A stretch of 50,640 nt of DNA from NCBI GenBank assembly GCA_964236955.1, contig CAXSGP010000025.1, positions 1-50,640 of the forward strand, read 5' to 3'. The notes below the pieces were generated by a model, which saw nothing but the letters and a program-made list of their open reading frames with translations, did not search any database and had not been told where the DNA came from. The position numbers were made by a program, and so were the translations under genes. The stretch is from an uncultured Oligoflexus sp. Lineage in GTDB: Bacteria; Bdellovibrionota_B; Oligoflexia; Oligoflexales; Oligoflexaceae. Within the stretch, counting starts at the first letter, position 1. The number at the start of each line of letters is the position of its first letter. Positions 18,461-28,516 of the stretch are shown here, in pieces.

Positions 18461-19333
18461 ATGGTCCGACTGCTTCTCATAGCCTTAATCGTATCGATGC
18501 TCTGGACTTGCCAATCGCGCAGGCCCAAGGGTGGCTTTGAGGATATTGCCGATTTCGGTCTTTCCACGGAACCGGCTGGAGTGAAGGTGGATGACAAAGC
18601 GTACTTCGATGATCTAAAGCGCAGTGAATCGTCGGTCTCCTGGGACTCTTCGCTGCCGCTCCCGTTTCGTGTCGGTAAGACCGGTGATCCGTTCGATACC
18701 ATTCCAACGCAGGCTAATCAGGGGGTTGAGGCCAGGCTTAATTTTCAAATGGGTGAGTGCCGCTTTGTGCTGATGACGGACGCTATTCAGGTGGATCGTT
18801 ACCTTCTGGCTGGGGAATGGATCCGGCTGACAGAAGGTTTGCCGGCCAAGGTTCCTGTGAAACTTGAACCCAACATGGACCTCAATCTGAAAGTCGTTTC
18901 CAAACTGGTTATTGAAGTTCCTGAATCACAGAATCAAATCTGTCGCAAAATGTTTGAGGGCAAAAAAGTCTTCCTTGGGCGTTTTCATCTTAACAAATCG
19001 AGGATTGGTCTCTTGGGTGGACCCTCGTCACCCAAAGTTCAATTTGCCTCCAGATCTTTGGAACCCCGTGGTAAAATGGTGTATCTACATTGGCAGAATG
19101 GCGCCAACGTTCCCGCTTTGATTGATGATTTTGATTTCCCTGCGACGTCAGAATCTGGCATTTTCCGGGCTCAGATGGCCAGTCGTGGCTACTACTATTT
19201 AGCGTTTCAGTCGGTTCTGAGGATGGATCAGAACGATCAGATGATGATCAAATTGCCTTATCCTCCGCGCAGTGGAAAGAAAGGCGTGAAAGGGAAGCGC
19301 CCGGTGAAAAAGGAGGGAACCGATGAGCAGTAG
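18461..19333 (+). CDS. Hypothetical lipoprotein
   Basis: GGAG RBS; MVRLLLIALIVSMLWTC lipobox-like signal. Confidence 0.7.
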   Translation: MVRLLLIALIVSMLWTCQSRRPKGGFEDIADFGLSTEPAGVKVDDKAYFDDLKRSESSVSWDSSLPLPFRVGKTGDPFDTIPTQANQGVEARLNFQMGECRFVLMTDAIQVDRYLLAGEWIRLTEGLPAKVPVKLEPNMDLNLKVVSKLVIEVPESQNQICRKMFEGKKVFLGRFHLNKSRIGLLGGPSSPKVQFASRSLEPRGKMVYLHWQNGANVPALIDDFDFPATSESGIFRAQMASRGYYYLAFQSVLRMDQNDQMMIKLPYPPRSGKKGVKGKRPVKKEGTDEQ

Positions 19334-19667
19334 TAATAAAGGCCATAATGACAGGGAATACTTTCGTATTTCCTATCGCCCTGCTGAAGCTCCTCTTTTT
19401 GAATGTGAGAAACAAAAGTTTGTCGTGCTTGATCTGTCGGAAGGGGGCATCAAGTTCTCGCCGAAAAAGGGCATGCAGTTTTTTGAAAACGATAGGATAA
19501 CGGGCAAGGTCATCTTTCCTGAGAAGAGGGGAATTCTTGAGATCAAGGGCTTCATCATTCGGGTGACTCTAAGCGATATCGCCATTCGCCTTTTGGAAAA
19601 CAGCCGTATTCCGCTTGCCAGGATCATGGAAGAACAACGCCTCCTCATCCAAAGAGGTAGGCTGTGA
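19323..19667 (+). CDS. PilZ domain protein (c-di-GMP receptor)
   Basis: RxxxR (REYFR) and DxSxxG (DLSEGG) motifs. Confidence 0.9.
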   Translation: MSSSNKGHNDREYFRISYRPAEAPLFECEKQKFVVLDLSEGGIKFSPKKGMQFFENDRITGKVIFPEKRGILEIKGFIIRVTLSDIAIRLLENSRIPLARIMEEQRLLIQRGRL

Positions 19668-22600
19668 TCAGTGGAACTTGCGAACCGGTGGGATATGCTG
19701 CCACTGCCCCGTGTTAACTTGCTGTTGATCGTCCCGTCCAGCTTCCTTCCCTTGAATCGGCCTTATGTCGGATACCGGACGATAGACCTGCTCCACTAGA
19801 ATCGACATACTGTCCTGGTCCCTTTGGAGACGGCCCCTCACGCACATAAAACTATGCTGCCACAGTATCTCCCGGAAGAGGGCTATCGTCTTGGGTTTGC
19901 AGACGAGGTTTATAAAACCGCTGTCATCTTCAAGCGTGATAAAGAGTATGCCCTTGGCGGTAGGAGGTGATTGACGAATGAGCACCATTCCAAAGACGTG
20001 GATCGTATCGTGAGCGCAGGCCTGCAAAAGATCCTTGGCCGAAAGGAGCTGGTCGGGACGTATCGCATAACGCCAGGCAAAACGTTTGATGAGAACCGTC
20101 GGGTGCTGCTCAAGGCTGCTGCTGTATGCCTCAAAATCCCTCTCCATTTTCTCAAGTTCGGTTTCCGCTGCGAATTGATAAGGCCACTCGATGTCGAGCA
20201 AGGGCGCCCGCGGAAAACTTTCCATCAACCAGAGGGCTTGCCGACGGTCTATGCCAAAGCCTTGCAGAGTATCGGCGGCGGCAAGAGCACTAAGGTCGCG
20301 GCGATTGGTGCCGTCCGCATCCGCCATAAATTTTTGTAGCGTTGGCCATCGCCCGACCTGCGATCGGCGCGCTAGAAGATCGTCGATGCTTTGCTTGGCC
20401 AGACCTCGAATCAGATGCAAACCAATCCGAATCGCCCATCGCTCGCCTACCTTTTCAAGGGTCGAGTCCCAATGCGAAGAGTTGATGTCGGGAGCTAGAA
20501 AGGGCAGGCCTTCGCGACGGGCGCTTTGAATGAGCGCATGCGTGGAATAAAAGCCAACTGGCTGCGAGTTGAGTAGGGCCATATAAAAGGCTTCCGGGAA
20601 ATGACATTTCATATAACTCGAAGCATAGGCAAGCAGCGCAAAGGAGGCCGCGTGGGATTCGGGAAAGCCATAGCTCGCAAAGCCTTGCAGATAGCCCACA
20701 ACCTGTTGGGCAAAGGCCGGCTCCACACCGTTTTTAAGCATGCCCGTGGTCAGCTTTTGAATTAAGGCATCAAGGTCTTTATTAAGAGACCACGAACCGA
20801 TTTTTTTTCTTAACTGATCGGCTTCCCCTGCCGTGAAGGCACCGATTTCCATAGCGACTCGCATAATCTGCTCTTGAAAAATAGGGATGCCCAGCGTTCG
20901 TCTGAGAATGGGGATAAGCCGTGGGTCAGGGAAGTCGACGGCTTCAAGGCCTTGACGCCGCCTTATGTAGGGATGGATAAGGCCGCCCTGAATCGGTCCG
21001 GGGCGAATGATTCCAACCTGGACGACCAAGTCATAGAATGTTTCTGGACGCAGGCGCGGCAGCATCGACATCTGCGCCCGCGATTCGATCTGAAAGGTTC
21101 CCACCGTGTCGCCTTTTTGTATCATGGCGAAGGTCTTGGGGTCCTGATCCGGTATATTATAGAGATGAAGGTCGCGGGCAAAGGTCTCCCGAATCGTTGC
21201 AAAGCCTTTGCGCAAAACACTGAGCATGCCGAGTGCAAGCACATCGATTTTGAAAATATTCAAGGCTTCGATATCATCCTTGCTCCATTGAATGACGCTT
21301 CGCCCTGGCATCGTCGCCGGCTCCTGAGCGCAGATCGTATCCATCGCTTCATTGCTGATCACAAAACCGCCCGAGTGAATACCGAGATGCCGCGGAAAGC
21401 CTTCTATTCTCTGACTGAGCTTTCGCCACAGCTGCCAATCGCAGTAGGGGGCGACACCTGCCTGTAGATCCGCAGGAAGCTCTTGCTTTTCCTGATCGCG
21501 GCTATGCAAACTTGTGTGAGCGGCGATCTGGTCGATCCAGACCTCAGGCACCGCAAAGGCTTTGCCCACCGATCGAAAGGCGCTTTTGCCGCGAAAACAA
21601 ATCACGTTGGCAACCATAGCTGCCCGATGCCGACCGTAACGGCTGTAGATGTATTGAATCACCTCTTCGCGCCGCTCATGTTCAAAATCGATATCAATAT
21701 CGGGAGGGTCGCCGCGCTCACGGCTTAGAAAGCGTTCGAAAAGCAGCTCCGAGGCTTCGGGGTCGAGCGCTGTGATCTCGAGGACAAAGCAGATGACCGA
21801 GTTTGCCGCCGAACCACGGCCCTGGCAGAGAATGGCCTTTTCCCTGGCCCAGCGGACGATATCCCAGACGGTGAGGAAATAGTCGGCAAATTTCAGCTCG
21901 CTGACCAGGATCAATTCCCTTATGACAAGGTTTTTGACCTTGGTCGAAAGCCCTTCGGGATAACGCTTTTCTACGCCCTCCCACACCAGATGCTCAAGGA
22001 AGGTCTGCGAGTTATAGCTCTCAGGAATAAACTCTTGGGGATAATGATAGCTCAGCTCACCGAGGGAAAAAGCGAATTGCCCGGCGAGCTGATGACCGTT
22101 CTGCATGATGCGAGAAAATTCAGCAAAGGGTTTGTAGCGGCTCTCGAGCACCACGCGCTCGCGCAGACAGCGTTCCTCATTGACGAAGAGTTGAGGAATG
22201 ATGGTCGGCAGGCTGCGGTTAAGGCGGATGGCCTGCAGGACATCGTGCAGGTATTTATCGTCGGGACGGGCAAAGAAGGCGTCTTGACTGAAGATCGTTG
22301 CTACATCGAGCTTTTGCGCGAGATCGATGGTGAGAGGGATCCAGCGGTCTTCGATAGGGTTGAGGTGGCGACTGAGAACGAGATAAAAACTGCTGCCAAA
22401 GGCTTCCTTAAACTTTTTGTAATAGAAATAGGTCTCGACCGGGCTGTGACGCCGGATAAAGCCCCGCATCGGCTGCAGACATACCAGGCCGTCCTTGGCC
22501 GAAGAGAGGATGACGTCGAGCGGCAGACAGGGTTTTTTCTCGCCATCCTGATGGGCGATGGTCGCCAGAGCGCAGAGGGTTTGATAGCCGGCCTTGCTCG

Positions 22601-22892
22601 TGGCCATGAGAACGATCGTAGTCTGCCGACTCAAGGCCTCGGTGGGTTCGTGAATGAGCGAAAATTCCAGGCCATAAAGAAGTTTGAGGGGCGAGTAGTC
22701 CAGGCTTTTTTGATGAGCCTGAAAAGCCTGGACGAAGCCATAGACGCCATTGTAATCACAGATACCGACGCTTGCATAAGCAAGTTCAGCCGCCCGATGC
22801 ACGTATTCAGCGGGATAGGATGCCCCCTTAAGAAAGCTGTAATTGCTGTGGCAGATCCATTCGTGCCATAGAAAATCTTTCTCCTTAGCCAT
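19668..22892 (-). CDS. dnaE2: Error-prone DNA polymerase III alpha (ImuC)
   Basis: PHP HSNYSFL.GAS, GRGSAANS, PPDIDIDFE, KIDVLALG, YGFPESHA, OB-fold; downstream of imuA/imuB. Confidence 0.95.
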   Translation of the reverse strand: MAKEKDFLWHEWICHSNYSFLKGASYPAEYVHRAAELAYASVGICDYNGVYGFVQAFQAHQKSLDYSPLKLLYGLEFSLIHEPTEALSRQTTIVLMATSKAGYQTLCALATIAHQDGEKKPCLPLDVILSSAKDGLVCLQPMRGFIRRHSPVETYFYYKKFKEAFGSSFYLVLSRHLNPIEDRWIPLTIDLAQKLDVATIFSQDAFFARPDDKYLHDVLQAIRLNRSLPTIIPQLFVNEERCLRERVVLESRYKPFAEFSRIMQNGHQLAGQFAFSLGELSYHYPQEFIPESYNSQTFLEHLVWEGVEKRYPEGLSTKVKNLVIRELILVSELKFADYFLTVWDIVRWAREKAILCQGRGSAANSVICFVLEITALDPEASELLFERFLSRERGDPPDIDIDFEHERREEVIQYIYSRYGRHRAAMVANVICFRGKSAFRSVGKAFAVPEVWIDQIAAHTSLHSRDQEKQELPADLQAGVAPYCDWQLWRKLSQRIEGFPRHLGIHSGGFVISNEAMDTICAQEPATMPGRSVIQWSKDDIEALNIFKIDVLALGMLSVLRKGFATIRETFARDLHLYNIPDQDPKTFAMIQKGDTVGTFQIESRAQMSMLPRLRPETFYDLVVQVGIIRPGPIQGGLIHPYIRRRQGLEAVDFPDPRLIPILRRTLGIPIFQEQIMRVAMEIGAFTAGEADQLRKKIGSWSLNKDLDALIQKLTTGMLKNGVEPAFAQQVVGYLQGFASYGFPESHAASFALLAYASSYMKCHFPEAFYMALLNSQPVGFYSTHALIQSARREGLPFLAPDINSSHWDSTLEKVGERWAIRIGLHLIRGLAKQSIDDLLARRSQVGRWPTLQKFMADADGTNRRDLSALAAADTLQGFGIDRRQALWLMESFPRAPLLDIEWPYQFAAETELEKMERDFEAYSSSLEQHPTVLIKRFAWRYAIRPDQLLSAKDLLQACAHDTIHVFGMVLIRQSPPTAKGILFITLEDDSGFINLVCKPKTIALFREILWQHSFMCVRGRLQRDQDSMSILVEQVYRPVSDIRPIQGKEAGRDDQQQVNTGQWQHIPPVRKFH

Positions 22893-24369
22893 ACACACCT
22901 TGCGTATGCCATGCGCCTTGCTGGTCGCGGTAGACCCAGAGCATGGTTTGACCGTGAGTCATGCGATAATAGTCGCGACTGCGATTGGCGAAGGGCGATT
23001 GCCACCACTTGTCCATGGTGCGTTCTTGAAAATGACCTACACGTGTGAGCTGATCACAGAGAAAGTTTTGTGCCTCGGGGTAGAGAAACAGGGGGCGGCC
23101 TGCAGCGAGCGGCAGATAATGATCGTCTGCTCCTACAACGGCAGCTGCTGTAGGCAGCGAGGCGTGGTCCTGATAAGAATCTTCAGCCAGCCAATCGGCG
23201 GCGAGGCTAAAGGATTGCAGCGGTTTTTTGATCATGTTCTCAAGTTGCTTGAGGCTTTGCAGGTCATCGCTGCTCTCATGAAAAAGGCTCCCCTGACGCA
23301 AACGCGCGGGAGCTTTTTCCATAATTTCGACTTGCCAGGAAATGAGGCCGGTCTCCAGTGAGCTGGCCTTGAGAGAAAGTTTTTTTTCAAAAGCGTATTG
23401 AATCTGGAGCAGTGCGGTCCTCTGACTTGGGCAGTCTTGATGAAGACTATGAGGATGGCGAAAGAGGATTGTGATTGGTAGAACTTGAAGATTGCAGAGG
23501 ACAATCCGCCACTCCAAATTTAGGATACGCTCTTCTTTCTTAAAAGATCCTAAGACGCAAAGGCGATTTAAATCTTCGCGCAATAATTCGGCTATCGATT
23601 CCCACTCCCGCAATTCGTTATCGAGATGACGTTTAACATAAGGACGCTGGCTCGATGCATGAGCGGTCCAAGGAAAAAAGCGAATGGCCTCAAGAGTGCT
23701 GAGCCCCTGGCGCTGGGGAAATGAGAGCTGCCATACCTCAGCGACCAAAGTTCCGAAGCGGCGGCGGATATGCGGGCTTGGAAGAGTTTGAAACTGCTCA
23801 GGCCGTTGACAGCCCAGGCGCTGCATCGCCAGTGTCATTGCGCTCTTGGCTTTGTTCACAACGGAATCGGCAATCTTTTTTTCCCGTGCATACTCAATGC
23901 AGCTTTCCCACCACACATCCCATGACACACCACGCAGGAGATTTTTGCCAAGGCGGCTGCTGACCGCCATCAACCCATGAAAACCTTTTTCCCGTGATGT
24001 CTTTACGAGCAGCAGGGCTTCCCAAGGCGTCGCAGCAGCTGCTCCGTAATAATCCTGCCCCACAAAAATCTCGGTGAGCTGAGTCGTGATAAGAGTGAAG
24101 ACGCTTAAGCCTTGCCGCCCGGCACTGTAGAGCCAAAAGTCTCGACAGGCCCGCATATCGATCAGCCACAGCTCCGGTGGGTCTGTATCGGCCTCTGCCT
24201 CCGCCTTGGCAATCTTTTGCCAGTGCATCGTCTTAGGGCTGAGATTTTGCAGAGCTTCCTGGTATTTTTTCTCTGGACAAAAAATTGCGATAAACTCTAA
24301 AATTTCATCGTTTTGTTGAGTCGATGAGGACTGGGAGAGACTGAGTAGGGCGGCCATAGGAGTCCTCAC
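22885..24369 (-). CDS. imuB: Highly diverged ImuB (inactive Y-family polymerase-like)
   Basis: Position between imuA and dnaE2; RRFG, RPLFL and C-terminal WW...RDYYR...LWVYRD...W..QG.YG motif. Confidence 0.7.
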   Translation of the reverse strand: MRTPMAALLSLSQSSSTQQNDEILEFIAIFCPEKKYQEALQNLSPKTMHWQKIAKAEAEADTDPPELWLIDMRACRDFWLYSAGRQGLSVFTLITTQLTEIFVGQDYYGAAAATPWEALLLVKTSREKGFHGLMAVSSRLGKNLLRGVSWDVWWESCIEYAREKKIADSVVNKAKSAMTLAMQRLGCQRPEQFQTLPSPHIRRRFGTLVAEVWQLSFPQRQGLSTLEAIRFFPWTAHASSQRPYVKRHLDNELREWESIAELLREDLNRLCVLGSFKKEERILNLEWRIVLCNLQVLPITILFRHPHSLHQDCPSQRTALLQIQYAFEKKLSLKASSLETGLISWQVEIMEKAPARLRQGSLFHESSDDLQSLKQLENMIKKPLQSFSLAADWLAEDSYQDHASLPTAAAVVGADDHYLPLAAGRPLFLYPEAQNFLCDQLTRVGHFQERTMDKWWQSPFANRSRDYYRMTHGQTMLWVYRDQQGAWHTQGVYG

Positions 24370-24995
24370 AAATAGCTGCGCGACAGAGCCGCAAGATTGC
24401 TCGGTGAGACAAAAATTGTTTTAGGAGCACGCCCTTTCAAAACATCGACAGCAATCTCCTGACGCGTAAAGTCATAATGACAATTCATGCGAAGCCGGGT
24501 CCAGATATTGCCCTGCTCATGGGTAAGAGGATGAGCACGAAGAATAAGAATGGTTTGACCGTAGTTCCGGGCATTGCGGGCCAGATGCTGACAGTCCTCC
24601 TCCTTGAGATCGGGAATCTGATCAAAAACAATCACCCGGAAGAAGTCGGAAAGAAACAGGGCTCGCAGTTCCTGCAAAGGATCCTGACTGTAAACAAAAC
24701 GTATGCTGTTCAGATCGATAGAGCGGGCATGCCAGGCCCAAGGATTGATATTGACCTGCTGCCGCCCATAAACCCAGAGCACCCAGTAGGAATAATCCTT
24801 TTGCGCAAGCGCGAGAAAAGGCAGCAGGAGTTCCCGTAGGCCTTGTCCCCATGGCATACCCCATTCACTGAGTTCCCCTTCCTGTAAACCTCCGTCCAGC
24901 AAGCTGTCTAAGGCTGTCAGTCCGCTCAAGAGCCGACGGCCGAAGGCTGGCCTGACCTTTAAGTCCTCAAGTCTATTGAATCTATTCGTTTCCAA
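24366..24995 (-). CDS. imuA: ImuA / RecA-like protein
   Basis: SGL.ALD.LL.GGL..G.LSEW RecA-like start with degenerate Walker A; TTG start after AGAGG RBS; ATGA coupling to imuB. Confidence 0.75.
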   Translation of the reverse strand: METNRFNRLEDLKVRPAFGRRLLSGLTALDSLLDGGLQEGELSEWGMPWGQGLRELLLPFLALAQKDYSYWVLWVYGRQQVNINPWAWHARSIDLNSIRFVYSQDPLQELRALFLSDFFRVIVFDQIPDLKEEDCQHLARNARNYGQTILILRAHPLTHEQGNIWTRLRMNCHYDFTRQEIAVDVLKGRAPKTIFVSPSNLAALSRSYL

Positions 24996-25012
24996 TGCTT
25001 TTTACCTCTAGA

Positions 25013-25055
25013 ACCATACAAATTTATGGTAATGAGATATGCTAAAGCTCGTCAA
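25013..25055 (-). promoter_or_regulatory. sigma70-type promoter of the imu operon with overlapping palindrome
   Basis: Minus strand TTGACG-N18-TACCAT; ACCATA-N6-TATGGT palindrome at 25013-25030. Confidence 0.55.
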
Positions 25056-25181
25056 GCGGTTCTTTGATGCAGCCTTCGGGGGTAGCGGTATTTATTGGGT
25101 TAAATTTTTTGAGGGCTGCTTTTAGACTTTTTTGGAGGATCACAAGGCCTGTTTAAAGGACGTTGTTAGAGGTCGGCCGCC

Positions 25182-25480
25182 GTAACAAACCCCGATCCAT
25201 ACTGGACGATAGCGCCAGAGATTCAACAGCCCGAAAGGTCTGCAAGCGCTGCCAGGCGATCGACTCCTTGTGAAGAGAATGCAGCAAGGTGCAGGGTTCG
25301 ATAAGCGAGCGGGGTATACAGGTGGGGATTCTTCTCTCTATCATTTTCTGGTTGAGCCAGAGCCCAACTCAAATAGGCTCGCGGGCTAACTTCGGCGGCG
25401 CGGGCAGTCATGATAAGCGAACGCAGAATATCAAGTCCCACTCGACCAATCTCAGATTTCCTAAATTTCGACGATACCAG
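25182..25480 (-). mobile_element. IS66-family transposase 3' remnant with probable right end
   Basis: KSEIG.VG.DILRSLIMTARAAEVSPRAYL resembles the TnpC C-terminus; GTAA at 25182 matches the IS66 terminal signature. Confidence 0.55.
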
Positions 25481-25986
25481 AAGAATTCCCTCTTTTAATT
25501 TCCAGCAATTAAGATAGATGATCGTAATTTTACCAGCCATTTTAAAGAGTTAAATAAAGTTTTGAGAATATAATAATTTATTTGACAATGTGAGGCTTGC
25601 ATTAGATTTTTTAACTAAGCTTAAAATACCTAACTAATTCTGCAATTTGTGTAATGTGGCTAGAGCAACGCAATAATCTTTCTACTTGGGAAAGCTCGCT
25701 CTTTACCCAACGGCTCATCCTAGAGTTTCATTATAAAAAATTTGGAGTGACCCTTGGATCCATCGTCGACAAAAATTGACAGAGAGAAAACCCGAAGCCG
25801 GCTTTTGCCTCAGCCTATACCACGGCCCAACAAGCCTACAATCCCAGCTCATGGCTGCAATTGTGAACTCAAGCAATGCGGCGATTTTCTGTCTTTGACC
25901 TGGGCCAAGCAGAACCGGCGGGTTTCGAAATTATGATGCGTTGTGGTAAGAATTTTTTCGCCAGGCTTTATCTAAGGAGCGGCAAG

Positions 25987-27384
25987 ATGAAAATGACTTT
26001 GGCAAAATGGCTCTGTCCCTTGTTCCTGCTTTTTTCTATAACCGAAGGCTTCGCGAAAGACGTTAGTTTTCACTCTGGAATCGCCGAATATGACGAGGCC
26101 TACCTCAAGGCCCTTTACGTCATAAATTCTGATATCAAGAACGGCAAATTTCTGGCCGGAGAAAACTGGGGCCAGGTTTGGACTCGCGACACATCCTATT
26201 CCATCGACCTTGCCTGTAAAGCCCTTCATCCCGACATTGCAAAAAACACGCTTTTAGGAATGACTGAGCAGATAGCCGGTATTGGCAAGGTCTGGTATCA
26301 GGACACTTGTGGGCACTTTGGAGGCTGGCCGGCGCTCACCGATGCTATCGTCGGGGCCATGGGCGCCTGGTCCCTGTTTGAGTACACGGGCGATCAGGAC
26401 ATCTTGAGTTTTAGCTATGAGGTGACGGTTAACAGCCTCAGGCGGGCGGAGCGCGATGCCTTTGAGGCAAAGACCGGCTTGTTTACAGGTTGTTCAAGTT
26501 TCATGGAATCAAATAGCGCCTACCCTCAACAATATGCTTTTAACGGAGCGCTCTTAGCCAAGACGAAGGCCTTAAGCACCAATCTCCTCTATTTCAACGG
26601 CTATCAGATAGCGGCAAAGATGGCGAAGCTCCTCAATAAAGATTTTTCCGAGTTTGAAGAAAAATCTCTCCTTTTGAAGATAGCCATCAATAAATACTTT
26701 TGGATGCCGGAACACGGTTACTACGGATATTTTCAGGATGAAAACGGCAAACTCTATGAGAATATGGAGGCGACCGGCGAAGCCTTCGCTATCCTTTTTG
26801 GAGTTGCTGATGCGGCGCAATCACAAAGTATCCTACAACTCACCCCAATGACGGCGGCAGGAATTCCTAGCCTTTGGCCGCAGTTCCCTGAGCATAAAGA
26901 TTACAGCAAAGGTTTTTCTGAATATTATCACAACGGAATGATTTGGCCCTTTGTTCAAGGCTATTGGGCTTTGGCTGCCTCCCAAAGCGGCGACACGGCG
27001 GTCTTCGGCCGGGAGCTTGAGAAGCTAACCCGGCTTTCGCAAAAGAATGACAGCTTCATGGAATTCTATAGGCCGGAGAATTCCCAGCCCGATGGCTCAC
27101 GCGGTCAGCTCTGGAGCGCATCGGGTTATGTGTCGATGATCTTTCATGGGCTGTTCGGCATGAATTTTCAGGACGATGGGATACATTTTGCACCTCAGGT
27201 TCCGAAGGCTTTTACTACGATCACTCTGCAAGATTTGACTTATCGCAACTTAATTTTGGATCTCACCGTCAAAGGCAGCGGCAATACCTTAAATTCCTTC
27301 AGCCTTGATGGCGTCAAAATGGAAGAGCCAAGGCTTGGGGTCGACCTCAGTGGTAAGCATAGCCTTGTCATCGAAATGAGATAG
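25987..27384 (+). CDS. Secreted (alpha/alpha)6-barrel glycoside hydrolase (MGH1/GH63/debranching-enzyme-like)
   Basis: Signal peptide; WTRD, YHNG.IWPF, QLWSA motifs; C-terminal beta domain. Confidence 0.8.
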   Translation: MKMTLAKWLCPLFLLFSITEGFAKDVSFHSGIAEYDEAYLKALYVINSDIKNGKFLAGENWGQVWTRDTSYSIDLACKALHPDIAKNTLLGMTEQIAGIGKVWYQDTCGHFGGWPALTDAIVGAMGAWSLFEYTGDQDILSFSYEVTVNSLRRAERDAFEAKTGLFTGCSSFMESNSAYPQQYAFNGALLAKTKALSTNLLYFNGYQIAAKMAKLLNKDFSEFEEKSLLLKIAINKYFWMPEHGYYGYFQDENGKLYENMEATGEAFAILFGVADAAQSQSILQLTPMTAAGIPSLWPQFPEHKDYSKGFSEYYHNGMIWPFVQGYWALAASQSGDTAVFGRELEKLTRLSQKNDSFMEFYRPENSQPDGSRGQLWSASGYVSMIFHGLFGMNFQDDGIHFAPQVPKAFTTITLQDLTYRNLILDLTVKGSGNTLNSFSLDGVKMEEPRLGVDLSGKHSLVIEMR

Positions 27385-27757
27385 TCGATGGGCGCAATTC
27401 TTCTGATGGCCCCCGCTCGCCTATCGAACCCAGCACCTTGCTGCATCCTCTTCACAAGCTACAGCTGCCTAGGATTTTACTTCCACAGCCAAAGCTGGAG
27501 TGGATACGGCTTCAAAAGAAACACTCAAGCCGTAGTCCTATCAAAGAGGCCTTATGACATGATTTAGTGGCGCGGCATCAGGCGCTAAAAAAATACCTGA
27601 ATAAATATCTGATAAATTTTAGGATAATAAAAGGTTAATAAATTCAAAAGTCTAGACAGCAGGAAAGGAAATAGATTGATGACTTCGGGAAAGCGATATT
27701 TTTGTCACCTATCGCTTTTATAAGGGTTCATTAAAAAATGAACCCATGGAGGACTTT

Positions 27758-28132
27758 ATGCGCTATGTGGAAAAGAAGAAACGCGTCCTGGTGGTAGACG
27801 ACAATATCGACTATATAGGCCTCGAAACTGCCATTTTTCGCGATTGTGACCTTACCGTCATACCTGCGGCCAGCGCCTATGAAGCGATGAAACTATTGAA
27901 TGATGCCGAGTTTGATCTCATCATTACCGATTTCAATATGCCTGGAATGAACGGCCTTGAATTGATCGAATGGTGTCGTGAAAAAAATAAATCAATGCCC
28001 GTGCTACTGGCCACTTCGGAGCACGAAAAATTTAGTGAGCAGGATTTAAAACTCGGTAACCGGGCAGCCTGCATCATTCATAAACCTTTCAGTATAGATA
28101 GCTTCCGGAAAACAGCTCTCGGACTTATCTAA
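27758..28132 (+). CDS. Stand-alone receiver (CheY-like) response regulator
   Basis: VVDD, ITDFNMPGMNG, HKPF; GGAGG RBS. Confidence 0.9.
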   Translation: MRYVEKKKRVLVVDDNIDYIGLETAIFRDCDLTVIPAASAYEAMKLLNDAEFDLIITDFNMPGMNGLELIEWCREKNKSMPVLLATSEHEKFSEQDLKLGNRAACIIHKPFSIDSFRKTALGLI

Positions 28133-28402
28133 GGCCTTGAGCGAATATGTATTCGAGAACCAATCGGACCGTTTGTCAGAGTTAAATTCGAGGACTGATG
28201 ACGACCTTCGCACTATCAAAGTCCAAGATGTTCCGGTGGTATAAAAAAGGCCCCCATCGCGGGAGCCTCTATCATTATTCTTAATCAGATTCTTCTATAA
28301 TTGGCAGTTTCTAGTACACGATGGAAAAGTCGCCAGACACTGACCTTCCGTTACTGTTTATCACCTACGATGCTACTCTAAAGTCACTCTGATAAGTTTT
28401 CT

Positions 28403-28425
28403 AGGCTCCGAAAGGGGCCTTTCTT
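28403..28425 (+). terminator. Intrinsic terminator with GAAA tetraloop
   Basis: AGGCTCC-GAAA-GGGGCCT-TTCTT. Confidence 0.55.
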
Positions 28426-28516
28426 GCGTCTATACGAGGGGTAGAGATACCTAACGCCTTTGCCTAATACCGTTCCTTGAATTTGATATCGCGGACCACT
28501 CCATGCGCTTTTATGA

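Noticed and set aside
19910..22871. Long antisense or alternative-frame ORFs over dnaE2 (also over opp, CHASE2 and helicase genes)
   Set aside because: Shadow ORFs of real genes, with no motifs or RBS
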